A stretch of 64,000 bases of DNA from Candidatus Borrarchaeum weybense (GCA_019057385.1 JAHQJS010000007.1:715685-779684), one strand, 5' to 3'; shown: positions 38,058 through 47,722, counted from the stretch's first letter. Made by a program: numbers and translations. The notes: a model not told the origin generated them from the letters alone.

Positions 38058-38429
38058 TTATTGAGTCTTCCAGAAATATTTGAGTGCATACAAAAGATAT
38101 ATCGTTAGAACTAGGAATGAACCAAATGTAAGCCACGTAGCAGTCAAGCCTAACGCTGAAATTATTAAACCGATTACTGCGAGTACGGTAGTGGCAAACC
38201 AAGACCATTTTTTCATGTACCATAATCCACTTCCCACAGCCATCACGATAAGCGCTAGGAAAATCCAGCCAATCCCTAAAATCAACTCATTACCTACGCC
38301 CCACAACGGTGTCGTAAGTAGTGTGACTGCTATAACCCCTAGGAAGATCAATCCTCGGACTAATACAATGATACCAACGATATAGACTAGAATTGCTAAA
38401 AGGGTGATACCAATAGGTCGTTTTTCCAT
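38058..38429 (-). CDS. Small 4-TM membrane protein
   Basis: KRPIGITLLAIL..GLW.MKKWSW; four hydrophobic helices. Confidence 0.8.
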   Translation of the reverse strand: MEKRPIGITLLAILVYIVGIIVLVRGLIFLGVIAVTLLTTPLWGVGNELILGIGWIFLALIVMAVGSGLWYMKKWSWFATTVLAVIGLIISALGLTATWLTFGSFLVLTIYLLYALKYFWKTQ

Positions 38430-38504
38430 ATTATTCTCTCCTCATTTTTTTGATTTTCATTATTTAGAATTACTTATCAGTTAAAACTGATATAATAGAG
38501 TTTA

Positions 38505-38525
38505 TTTGATAAGCCTTTTAGTACA
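38505..38525 (-). promoter_or_regulatory. TGTACTAAAA-N3-TTATCAAA promoter motif
   Basis: Shared with the two secreted-protein genes; palindrome TATCAGTT-AA-AACTGATA at 38475-38492 lies downstream. Confidence 0.6.
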
Positions 38526-38589
38526 CCGTTTGCACATGCCAAAAATCGATTGTGGGGCATTTTTTGCATGAAAAAAATCGAGTTCACGC

Positions 38590-39795
38590 CTAAACAAAAC
38601 TTTCAGGTAGAATTTTTCGTAAGACAAGATTCTTTTTGTTAATAAAAAACTTCTTTTGTCCATTTTCCAGTATAACGTTAATTATTTTTGCGTCTACAAG
38701 CTTTTTCATATTATATCTGATGGTTCCCTGAGATTTCCCTAATTGCTTTGCAATAAGATTCTGGTATGCCCCAGGGTTTTTTGAAATGAATTGAACTATC
38801 GCTTTAGCAGTATTGCTTTTTAATATTAATCGGGGATCCTTCGGTGAAATCTTTCTTCCAGTTGGATAATAAACTTTGTACTGCTTATATCTATGAGAGC
38901 CAATAAATCCAAAATCTTCTAGAACCTGTAAATGCCAAACTCCTGCAAAGGGTCCTATATCGATATAATCAATAATCTCACGAAAATGGGCACCCTCATT
39001 ATTGATAATATAGTCGTAAATTTTCTCTCTGGTAACATTCGTTAAAATTTCATCTTTTTTAAGATTTCTAACCGCCGGTGGACGAATTACTGTCCCAATA
39101 GCTACACAAAACGTAGCTAATTTTTTCACAACTTTGAAGGTAAATTCCCTATTTGTAAGGATAACCGCAAAAGAGACGGCTATCGCACTTATTGTAGAGA
39201 ATACAATCAATTCTGACGTTTGAATTCCTTTAAAAAGATCAAATAAGCCATTAGAACCTTCAGATGCTATTTGTCCTTCTCTTAGGTATACGGTAATAAA
39301 ATAATCTGGGATAATTTCAAAGTTAAGGTTGATATCAACACGCACTCGTTGACCTCTAATTTGCTCTTTATACTCTTTAATCTCTTCTGAATATACAACA
39401 AAATTACGGGATTCACTCATTCCCGACTCTATATCAAAACCTTCTTTTCCATCACCGTCTTCATCATTATTGTCGACATCTATGTAATGTGTAAAAACTT
39501 TCGCTTCTTGATCCCATAAGAGAATCTCTTGAACTGTATAGACATCGATTGACGCATCGATTAGGTGAACAGATTCGCCAGCGTTTGATATATCTAAATC
39601 TATTTCTATATCGTTTTCAATATCTATTACAAGCGGAGTTTCCTTAGTATTATGCAGAGATATGTCATTATCATTTACTAAAACTGTAAATGTGAGGTCG
39701 TGGTGTGTATATGAGGCGTTTAGAGACGAAACAAGAGCATTAATGGTGAAAAGCATCATAAAAATGAAAACTAGAACAGACACAGATTTTCTCAA
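38590..39795 (-). CDS. Membrane-anchored transcription regulator: secreted-family ectodomain + TM + double winged HTH
   Basis: Signal peptide, same ectodomain as 37015, TM segment, then TREKIYDYI..GAHFREI..WHLQVLE and NPGAYQNLIAKQLGKS..IRYNMKKL (COG3398-like). Confidence 0.85.
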   Translation of the reverse strand: MRKSVSVLVFIFMMLFTINALVSSLNASYTHHDLTFTVLVNDNDISLHNTKETPLVIDIENDIEIDLDISNAGESVHLIDASIDVYTVQEILLWDQEAKVFTHYIDVDNNDEDGDGKEGFDIESGMSESRNFVVYSEEIKEYKEQIRGQRVRVDINLNFEIIPDYFITVYLREGQIASEGSNGLFDLFKGIQTSELIVFSTISAIAVSFAVILTNREFTFKVVKKLATFCVAIGTVIRPPAVRNLKKDEILTNVTREKIYDYIINNEGAHFREIIDYIDIGPFAGVWHLQVLEDFGFIGSHRYKQYKVYYPTGRKISPKDPRLILKSNTAKAIVQFISKNPGAYQNLIAKQLGKSQGTIRYNMKKLVDAKIINVILENGQKKFFINKKNLVLRKILPESFV

Positions 39796-39982
39796 AATGC
39801 TTTCATCCCTTGTTTGGAAGCCAATAGACTTTTTATTGATTCTCTATATATACTTAAATTATTAAGTTTTAGAATGCATTAAAATCGATTTAATAAATAA
39901 AAAACATACTATAGAAATTCACAAATAAAAGATCCAGCAATTTGATTTAGGTAAAATGCTTTATCATTAAAAGAATTTGTAT

Positions 39983-41308
39983 TTACACTGAAAACGCATT
40001 TTCAGGGAGAATTCTACGTAAAGCTAGGTTCTTTTCGTTAATATAAAATCTCTTTTGCCCATTTTCCTTCATAATGTTGATTATTTTTGCGTCTACAAGC
40101 TTTTTCATATTATATCTAATCGCCCCTGAAGATTTCCCTAATTGCTTTGCAATAAGATTCTGGTATGCCCCAGGGTTTTTTAAAATAAAGCGAACGATCG
40201 CCTTAGCAGTCTTACTTTTTAATACTAAGCGGGGATCCTTCAGTGGAATTACTTTTCCTGCAATTAATGGATAGAAAATCTTATAGTGCTTATATCTGCG
40301 AGAGACAATGAATCCAAAGTCTTCTAGAACCTGCAAATGCCAGGTGCCCTCAAATGGACCAATATCAATGTGATTGATAATTTCGCGAAAATGAGCGCCT
40401 TCATGAGAACAAATGTAGTTATAAATTCGATCTCGGGTATCATTCGTTAATACCTCATCTTCTTTAAGATTTCTAATTGAAGGTGGACGAACTACAGTAC
40501 CAATAGCTACAATAAATGCTTCAGCACTTATAATAACAAAAAACATTTCACCAATCTTGAAAATTAGAGCTGCAAACTTGAGTGCAATTTTTTTATTCGT
40601 TTGCATTACAACAAATGAGACTAAAAGAGCGCTTGCTGTTGTATATAAAATCAATTGTGACGTTTCAACCCCTCTAAACGGGTCAAATAAGTCTATCGTA
40701 TATTCTGTATCTTGTGTAACTCCATTATCACTAATACCTTCCGTATTTCCGTCTGTTTCCGTTTTATTGGAGGCTTCTGGTGAAACTACACCTTCTTCTA
40801 TATAAACAGTAATAGTATAGTCAGATATAGTTTCAAAATTGAAAGTTAAATCAACCCGAGCTCTTTGATCTCTCATTAGTTCCTTGTATTCTTCAATATC
40901 TTTTGACCTTAATCTAAGACTTTTTGATTCTGCCAATCCAGCAACAATATCGAAACCTTCTCTTCCATCGCCATCTTCGTCACCATTATCAACATCGATG
41001 TTGTATTTAAAGATCTTTGTTTCATAATCCCAAAAAAGTGCTTTCTGGATTGTATAGACCTCAATTGATGTGTCTATTAAATGAATTGTCTCGCCTGTGT
41101 TCGAGATATCAAAATCTATCTCGATATCGTTATCTACATCCAATAAAAGTGGGTTATTTTTAGTGTGACTTGATACTTCACTACCGTTTATCAAGACAGT
41201 TATAGTAAGGTCTTGATGTGTATAAGCAGCATTTCCAGGGGAGATAAAAGCTGATAATGTGACTAGTGTTACAAATACCAGGATAAAGATGGGCAGATTT
41301 TTTTTCAA
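39983..41308 (-). CDS. Membrane-anchored transcription regulator: secreted-family ectodomain + TM + double winged HTH
   Basis: Paralogue of 38590-39795 with a longer S/T/E-rich stalk and an extra hydrophobic segment. Confidence 0.85.
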   Translation of the reverse strand: MKKNLPIFILVFVTLVTLSAFISPGNAAYTHQDLTITVLINGSEVSSHTKNNPLLLDVDNDIEIDFDISNTGETIHLIDTSIEVYTIQKALFWDYETKIFKYNIDVDNGDEDGDGREGFDIVAGLAESKSLRLRSKDIEEYKELMRDQRARVDLTFNFETISDYTITVYIEEGVVSPEASNKTETDGNTEGISDNGVTQDTEYTIDLFDPFRGVETSQLILYTTASALLVSFVVMQTNKKIALKFAALIFKIGEMFFVIISAEAFIVAIGTVVRPPSIRNLKEDEVLTNDTRDRIYNYICSHEGAHFREIINHIDIGPFEGTWHLQVLEDFGFIVSRRYKHYKIFYPLIAGKVIPLKDPRLVLKSKTAKAIVRFILKNPGAYQNLIAKQLGKSSGAIRYNMKKLVDAKIINIMKENGQKRFYINEKNLALRRILPENAFSV

Positions 41309-41647
41309 AATATATTCACCATTTTAATGAGGTATTATAACTTTAGTGACAAATAACTTTATTATTACCTCACAAAATACCTCACTACGCAATTGTTTTG
41401 TTTTCTAATCTATTCCTATGTATATTTTTGGACTTAATATTTGAAATTCTTTGCTCCATTCACAACTTGGTACACTGGGTTTTCCATTTTAATTGATTTT
41501 ATTTTGCTAAAAATCACTTTTGGTACAAATTTTGTTACTTTCCAGTTTAATCTAGAACCGCATATTATACAAGAGGGTATTGAAAAATAGTATTACATTA
41601 GAAGCACATTGAAAAATCAAATCAAAAATAAAAAGAAAAGATTAGGA

Positions 41648-42139
41648 TTAAACAAACTCCACATAAACTGTTATGACAAAGTATGGAATGCTTTCAAAAC
41701 TAAGGGTCACATCAATGCGATTGGTTTGTCCTCTAAGTGCTTCTTTATTCTCTCCGACATTGTTTAGGAACAAAGTAAAACTGGCTTTCGTTCCAAATCC
41801 TGCAGGGATGTCTTTGTCGACTTCGAATTGATTTTCGTAGAATTTTGTGTCCCAGTGCCAGAAAAGAACAGGCTGAACATTATAAAGTTCAACAGTAATG
41901 TCGTTTAGGTGGACAGTTTCCCCATTATTTGCAAATGAGAAATCTCCTTTAACATCTTCGTCTAGGTTTATTACTAGTGGATTATTAAAAGTATCATGTG
42001 TTGATACATCTGAACCGTTAAGAAATAGTGTCATTGTTATATCATGATGAGTATAGTCAGCGCTTGAAAGAGGGGCAAAGGTAGTCATTGCAAATAATGT
42101 CACAAATAGTATCGCTATGACGCTGGTATATTTTCTCAA
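41648..42139 (-). CDS. Secreted beta-rich protein (family member 4, lacks the acidic loop)
   Basis: TTG 42139 follows SD AAGGTGA; signal peptide; YTHHDI..NGSDVS..GETVHL..IPYFVITVYVEFV. Confidence 0.85.
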   Translation of the reverse strand: MRKYTSVIAILFVTLFAMTTFAPLSSADYTHHDITMTLFLNGSDVSTHDTFNNPLVINLDEDVKGDFSFANNGETVHLNDITVELYNVQPVLFWHWDTKFYENQFEVDKDIPAGFGTKASFTLFLNNVGENKEALRGQTNRIDVTLSFESIPYFVITVYVEFV

Positions 42140-42215
42140 ACGTTGTTCACCTTTCTTAAGTGCTCTAAGATTTATATTTACGATTAAACTAGAGTAAGAT
42201 ACATATGCACTCATA

Positions 42216-42236
42216 TTTAATAACTTTTTTAGTACA
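42216..42236 (-). promoter_or_regulatory. TGTACTAAAA-N3-TTATTAAA promoter motif
   Basis: Third copy of the motif. Confidence 0.65.
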
Positions 42237-42414
42237 GTTTTTACCATAATTAAAAACTTTGACTTAGAGGCAATTTCTTCCCTTAAAGAGGCATACTAAT
42301 CTCATAATGTACAATTAAAAACGAATTGAATTACGTGAAAGGTGCATTTAACGTAATAAAATCTGATAAGAACAAAACATGATCAAAATTAATAAAAACA
42401 GGGATTCTCTTTTC

Positions 42415-42861
42415 CTATTCTTGGTCTTCTAATTCACCATCATCTTTGCTTAAAGCGAATTCCTTAATCTCTTGCAGGTTCCTTTCCATCCATTCTTTTC
42501 CAATATTCGTCTCAAGTAATTCAACTACCTCATCTTTGCCTTTTAGTTTTAAATACCATCTTATGACCGTTACGTTCATTGCTCTTATGGCTAAACGACT
42601 CATACGGCTCAAATCAACTAACAAGGGCTCTAAGATCGGAGATATCGACCTATCATTCTCAATATAAAGTTCACAAATGTCCCTGGTCAGATTATCAAAT
42701 ATTAAGCCATAATGATGCTTTTTTTCAGCCACGGCATCAAGAACCTCCCAGATATTCTTGAGTATTTGTTCTTGCTCTTCACCATTATTCGAATACGCTA
42801 AGTCAATCATTTCTTTTCTTAGGGCATCTATCTCCTCTTGAGTCATTTCTATTTCGGTCAT
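42415..42861 (-). CDS. Hypothetical helical protein
   Basis: 148-aa ORF with SD AGGAG. Confidence 0.65.
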   Translation of the reverse strand: MTEIEMTQEEIDALRKEMIDLAYSNNGEEQEQILKNIWEVLDAVAEKKHHYGLIFDNLTRDICELYIENDRSISPILEPLLVDLSRMSRLAIRAMNVTVIRWYLKLKGKDEVVELLETNIGKEWMERNLQEIKEFALSKDDGELEDQE

Positions 42862-43056
42862 TGTGATGCGCTCCTATTTTCTTTTGAAAGGCCTATTTGT
42901 TTCTTGTTAGTATTGTAATCGGTTCTTTGAAGTGCTCTTCCGTTATTACGTTTTCGGTTTTTTTATCTTTTCATCATAGAATATTTTCTCATTCTGCAAA
43001 ATTAAAATCTCTGTTGAACAGAGTTTATTGCAATAAGAAAGCGATGTATTACTAAT

Positions 43057-43509
43057 TTACTTCAAAATTTTGATTTGTTTGCTTCTTACGGCTGCCTCAA
43101 TCCGGCTACAAATGTTCCAAGCTTCAAAAGCATAATCAATTAAAACCACCGCGTCCCGTTTTTGAAAGATGTTACTGGTAGCGATATCGATATAACCAAA
43201 TACAGAAAAATCGTGAAACGTCTTGCTTAGTTTTGATAAGAATATGAGTCTCTGTGCACCTTCAGTGATCAGACTAAATCTTTCGGGAAGTTCAAGCTTT
43301 TTTAGTATCATATTTATTTTTGTTGTAGAATCATGCAGAGGGGGATAAGAAAGATCAACTAAACTAAAAAGCGATTTGATAGCAACTTCTATGCATGATT
43401 GAGCCGCTTGAACACTAACAGAGAAATCTTTTTTCGCTAGTAATTCTCTGCCCATCATATAATATTTATATGCTTCGGCAAGAAGTTTCGCAGCCTCTTC
43501 GATACCCAT
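43057..43509 (-). CDS. HEPN-domain protein
   Basis: DFSVSVQAAQSCIEVAIKSL..YPPLHD matches the MNT-HEPN class; no RxxxxH seen. Confidence 0.75.
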   Translation of the reverse strand: MGIEEAAKLLAEAYKYYMMGRELLAKKDFSVSVQAAQSCIEVAIKSLFSLVDLSYPPLHDSTTKINMILKKLELPERFSLITEGAQRLIFLSKLSKTFHDFSVFGYIDIATSNIFQKRDAVVLIDYAFEAWNICSRIEAAVRSKQIKILK

Positions 43510-43700
43510 TGTTGGTCATACTCATAAAACAATATAGTATTATATACTATTTTGACCTTAAAAAATGAGATTGTAAACTCCTTTAAAAATCTAAACTAGT
43601 AAGTTAAAACTAAAAATCAAGTGTAGTTTTTCTCAATAGACCGCTTAGAGAAAAATATAAAGAGTAGGACATTGTAAGATTTTACAGGCGGGAATGTACC

Positions 43701-44381
43701 ATGAGGAAAATTTGTTGTTGGATCATACTCGCACTTTTCGTAGGCAGTGTATTCTTTGTAAGTGTAACTACTGCTCAGGAAGACATTGAACTAGAACCAA
43801 TCGCAGACACTTATATTAGAGCTACAGATCCTGATGAAAACTATGGTGACGAAACATATCTTCGTGTGGGAGACGCACGTCTAAGCAATGATTATATACG
43901 TATTACCTATCTGCTGTTTGATTTATCAGCGATTGACGGATCGATTCAAGAGGCAACGTTGAAACTTTATCTGAAATGGTCATGGGAGGCGCGATATATT
44001 GGGATTCACGAATGTGATGACACCAATTGGAATGAAGACACACTTACCTGGAACAATGCACCTTCTTATAACTCAGAGGCTGTAGACAGTTTCAATGTTA
44101 GTCGTACACTTCAATGGAATGAATGGGATGCTACAGACATTGCTAAAGGAAAGCAAGGTCAACTGGTAACAATTGTGGTAAAAGCAAGAGATCCAGTGAA
44201 TAAAATTGGTGATTGGACCGACTTCGCTTCAAAAGAAAATGATCGCAATCATCCCGTGCTAGTCATTAATCAAGGCAGTGGCGGTTTTTCGGTGTGTCTT
44301 GGCACCATTCTGCTATGCTGTACTATTCCAGTGCTTGGATTAGGTGTCCTTTCTAAACGAATTCGTACTAAAGTTCGCTAA
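43701..44381 (+). CDS. DNRLRE/CBM96-like surface protein with C-terminal membrane anchor
   Basis: Signal peptide; PIADTYI..PDENYG..YLLFDLS..WNEDTLTWNNAP..FASKE..HPVL; CLGT-TM-basic tail. Confidence 0.82.
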   Translation: MRKICCWIILALFVGSVFFVSVTTAQEDIELEPIADTYIRATDPDENYGDETYLRVGDARLSNDYIRITYLLFDLSAIDGSIQEATLKLYLKWSWEARYIGIHECDDTNWNEDTLTWNNAPSYNSEAVDSFNVSRTLQWNEWDATDIAKGKQGQLVTIVVKARDPVNKIGDWTDFASKENDRNHPVLVINQGSGGFSVCLGTILLCCTIPVLGLGVLSKRIRTKVR

Positions 44382-44549
44382 ACATCTATTAAAAATCCTT
44401 TTTTCTTTTTTCCAGTAAGTATTGGTACCTTAGGAGTATCTCAAAAGGAATTTAACTCATAAATTGTTTTGCCTAATAAATTAAAGATTTATAAGACATA
44501 AAAACAGAGTAAAAAGGATATATTGTGCGAGAATATCGAGGTGAGGATT

Positions 44550-45551
44550 TTGAAGATCGCATTTTTCGAGGTAAAGGAATGGGAGGAAAAATACCTTAGT
44601 GAAAATCTACCAGGACACGATTTAGTATTTTATTCGGAAGCTTTAACATCAGAAAACGCTGATAGAGTGAAGGATTTTGATAGTGTTTCAGTTTTTGTTT
44701 TTTCAGAGGTTTATAAAGAGGCTTTAGCAAAAATGCCGAACCTAAAATTCATTACAACGCGATCCACAGGCTTTGACCACATTGACCTGGAGGGGTGCAA
44801 GACACGAAATATCGTTGCGTGTAACGTTCCATTTTACGGAGATAATACAGTTGCCGAGCATGCTTTTGCATTGCTATTATCACTAACGCGGAAGATACAT
44901 AAAATCCGTATGACTGAACATAAGACCTTAGCCATGGAAGGGCTTAAGGGAACTGACCTTAAAGGAAAAACATTTGGAGTGGTAGGAGCCGGTCGTATTG
45001 GGTTATATGCTGTAAAATTTGCACGTGGATTTGGCATGAACGTTCTTGCGTATGATATCATCTTTAACGACTTCGCACGTGAAGTACTTGGATATAAATA
45101 TGTATCTCTTGAAGAACTGCTAAAAAATTCAGATATAATATCTCTTCATGCACCGTATAACAAATATACGCACCATATGATAAACAAAGATAACATTAAG
45201 CTAATTAAACCTGGTGCTATCCTCATAAATTCTTCAAGGGGCGGCCTTATAGACACCGATGCACTGAAATACGCGTTAGATGAAGGGATCATAAGTGCTG
45301 CTGGTCTCGATGTAATTGAGGGAGAAGAATTTCTTATTGAAGAAAAAATGAAACCCCGAGAAACATTAACAGATGAAGAGAAAAGAATCCTTCAAAGGAA
45401 TTTGGAAATTATTGAAAGAGAGAATGTCATATTTACTCCACACGTGGCATTTAATACCCAAGAAGCGGCACAAAGAATTCTGGATACTACTTTATCAAAC
45501 ATAAAAGCGTATCTAGAAGGTCATCCAGAAAATGTGATTGCAGAAATATAA
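44550..45551 (+). CDS. D-2-hydroxyacid (D-lactate-type) dehydrogenase
   Basis: RSTGFDHID, VAEHA, GAGRIG, NSSRG, LDVIEGE, TPHVAFNT. Confidence 0.93.
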   Translation: MKIAFFEVKEWEEKYLSENLPGHDLVFYSEALTSENADRVKDFDSVSVFVFSEVYKEALAKMPNLKFITTRSTGFDHIDLEGCKTRNIVACNVPFYGDNTVAEHAFALLLSLTRKIHKIRMTEHKTLAMEGLKGTDLKGKTFGVVGAGRIGLYAVKFARGFGMNVLAYDIIFNDFAREVLGYKYVSLEELLKNSDIISLHAPYNKYTHHMINKDNIKLIKPGAILINSSRGGLIDTDALKYALDEGIISAAGLDVIEGEEFLIEEKMKPRETLTDEEKRILQRNLEIIERENVIFTPHVAFNTQEAAQRILDTTLSNIKAYLEGHPENVIAEI

Positions 45552-45573
45552 GATATGATGATTTTCTTTCAAC

Positions 45574-46137
45574 CTATTCATCTTTTTTTAATTGATCCTC
45601 AAACATCTTGAAATCACGTTTTTCTTGTTCTTTAATGATAGACACTTCGTCCTCTGGTGAAAGTATAGAGATGCCTACGGAATCCTCTAAAACCTCTATA
45701 AAAACAATTTTATCTGCCTGTTTAAGATCTACTTTTCGATCTATGTTGGAGGCTGCTGCAGTAATTAGGTCATTTCTGGCAACATTTGTAAATCGTCTCT
45801 CTAGAGTGATACGAAAGGTTTCATCATTCTTAATTTTCTTTTCCGCTAGTTTCGAACACACCTGCTTGATTTCATCTAAATCTGCTTCAACAACACTTTC
45901 AATAGGCCTTAGTTTAAGGATTAAAAAATAGCGAAACTTATCCTTCTGAATTAATTCCTTTATTTTCTTAATCACAATAAATGGGTCAAGATTTGTATAC
46001 GCAAGTATTATTCCTTGCGCTACGGAGGTCGTTACTTGTGGGTTTGTATCTCCGAGTTGTTCTAATAAATCTTTCATTTCTTCGCAAGCTGGTATTTCGA
46101 AACCTTTCATAACCGATACAAATAAGTTAAATTTCAT
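45574..46137 (-). CDS. THUMP-domain RNA-binding protein
   Basis: ETFRITLERR..RKVDLKQADKIVFIEV. Confidence 0.88.
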   Translation of the reverse strand: MKFNLFVSVMKGFEIPACEEMKDLLEQLGDTNPQVTTSVAQGIILAYTNLDPFIVIKKIKELIQKDKFRYFLILKLRPIESVVEADLDEIKQVCSKLAEKKIKNDETFRITLERRFTNVARNDLITAAASNIDRKVDLKQADKIVFIEVLEDSVGISILSPEDEVSIIKEQEKRDFKMFEDQLKKDE

Positions 46138-46230
46138 TAAATCCACTTATTGAAACTTATTGAGCTGCATATATTAAAAGTTTTAAACTTAGTTAAAGTA
46201 GTACATTTGAAATTAGCCAATTTGGAGGAC

Positions 46231-46536
46231 ATGACAATTCTCATAAGAGACCTCCTCAATAAATTAATCTGGGATTCGAAGGAAGACATCAAAGACTATG
46301 TCATCATCTATATCCATCGTGGAGCGTTGAATGATCAAAGACAAATTCTGGCACATCTTATAGAAAAGGTTTATGTTGGAAGTTTTCTCTGTACTATCGA
46401 CGATGAAGAGACGATTATACCCTTCCATCGAATTCTTGAAATCAGAAATATTCGTACTCAAGAAATAGTATATAAAAAGAGAAGTTCTCAGAAAAAGGAA
46501 GTTGAGTGTAAAGATAAGAGTAAAAACGACCACTAG
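46231..46536 (+). CDS. DUF504 / MJ1316 RNA-repair-domain protein
   Basis: IRDLLNKLIWD, YIHRGA, IPFHRILEI; SD GGAGG. Confidence 0.85.
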   Translation: MTILIRDLLNKLIWDSKEDIKDYVIIYIHRGALNDQRQILAHLIEKVYVGSFLCTIDDEETIIPFHRILEIRNIRTQEIVYKKRSSQKKEVECKDKSKNDH

Positions 46537-46553
46537 CGTTTCTTTGTCACATT

Positions 46554-47312
46554 TTATACACTCTTTGCACTGATTGATCTTTCAACAACAAACCAACCCA
46601 CGCCATAACGATAAAGATAATCATGTACTTCAAAATTTGACTGTTGTAGTAGCCTTATCCAATCATCTTTTTTCAAAAGCATCCAGAATGCAAAAGGTGT
46701 GAATGTGAAAAAGCCTCTCAAGTTTCTTAAAGGTTCTACAAGAAGAAACCGTCCACCGGGTTTCGTTACTCTATAGATTTCTTCTAAGGCATTAAGTTTT
46801 TCATCTATACTATTTAAATTATTCAGGACGCTAGAACTGGCCACCAAATCAAAGCTTGTATCAGGAAAGGGTATATCCAGAACATTGCCGAAAGAAAATT
46901 CAACCTTATCTCTAACACCTTCTATTGCAGCGTTTTCATAGGCTTTTTCAGCTGAGTTGCCAGGTATCTCCATTTTATCCCAAATATCAATTCCAATAAC
47001 TTTACCATCATTCAATTGCTTCGCAATTCCGTTTGTCAGTTTACCCAATCCACAGCCGACATCAAGAACATTTTCGTTGCCCGCTAGTTTAAGAATTTCA
47101 GAAACATCTTCAGCTCTATCCTGCCTCATGAAATGAATGGAGATGCCATAAGATGCCACTAGATATACTCCAAATGCAAGGATGATAATCCCAATTATTT
47201 GCATGGCAAATAGGAACACCAAAATACCTGCTAGTATTATAAGTGCTGATAAGCCAGTCATAATGGGTAGGGCGTAATAGCCGTAATGGGGCTTATCCTT
47301 CACTTTTTTCAC
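46554..47312 (-). CDS. Class I SAM-dependent methyltransferase with N-terminal TM helices
   Basis: VLDVGCGLG, GIDIW, PFPDTSFDLV, RVTKPGG. Confidence 0.9.
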   Translation of the reverse strand: MKKVKDKPHYGYYALPIMTGLSALIILAGILVFLFAMQIIGIIILAFGVYLVASYGISIHFMRQDRAEDVSEILKLAGNENVLDVGCGLGKLTNGIAKQLNDGKVIGIDIWDKMEIPGNSAEKAYENAAIEGVRDKVEFSFGNVLDIPFPDTSFDLVASSSVLNNLNSIDEKLNALEEIYRVTKPGGRFLLVEPLRNLRGFFTFTPFAFWMLLKKDDWIRLLQQSNFEVHDYLYRYGVGWFVVERSISAKSV

Positions 47313-47566
47313 CTATTTTCGCCCTTCTTTTTGACTCCGAATTTTTCTGTAACATACCCCACGCCTTCCAAAATTTTTAGTGCAAAATTTTTCATCAAAT
47401 CAGCCTTTACGATAGCCAATCCTTTTTCTTCATCTCCAACCACGAGCAAACTATCTCCAGCTTTTATGTCGAACATCTCTCTTGCTTCTTTTGGAATAAC
47501 AATCTGTCCTCTTGCTCCTACTTTGGCTATTCCGAATATATGCTTGCCTTCTTTTATTTCAACCAT
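47309..47566 (-). CDS. AbrB/MazE/SpoVT-family DNA-binding protein
   Basis: KVGARGQIVIPKEAREMFDIKAGD; overlaps the methyltransferase start. Confidence 0.92.
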   Translation of the reverse strand: MVEIKEGKHIFGIAKVGARGQIVIPKEAREMFDIKAGDSLLVVGDEEKGLAIVKADLMKNFALKILEGVGYVTEKFGVKKKGENR

Positions 47567-47575
47567 TTTGATCTC

Positions 47576-47625
47576 TCATGTAATTCATATTTTTCATACT
47601 AATCATATCAATGTGATGATTCATA
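47576..47625. promoter_or_regulatory. TCATA direct repeats at 9-bp phase (candidate AbrB operator)
   Basis: TCATG/TCATA at 47576, 47585, 47594, 47603, 47621. Confidence 0.6.
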
Positions 47626-47722
47626 TTTAAAGTTGTTGGTTTTGGTTTAAAACGGAATCATAATATAAAGAAGACAACAGCCGCTGGAATGGTTTACGAA
47701 ATTAAGTTGATTATATGAGATC

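Noticed and set aside
42140-42247. 36-aa N-terminal extension of the fourth secreted paralogue
   Set aside because: It runs through the promoter; TTG 42139 has an SD and matches the paralogue starts.
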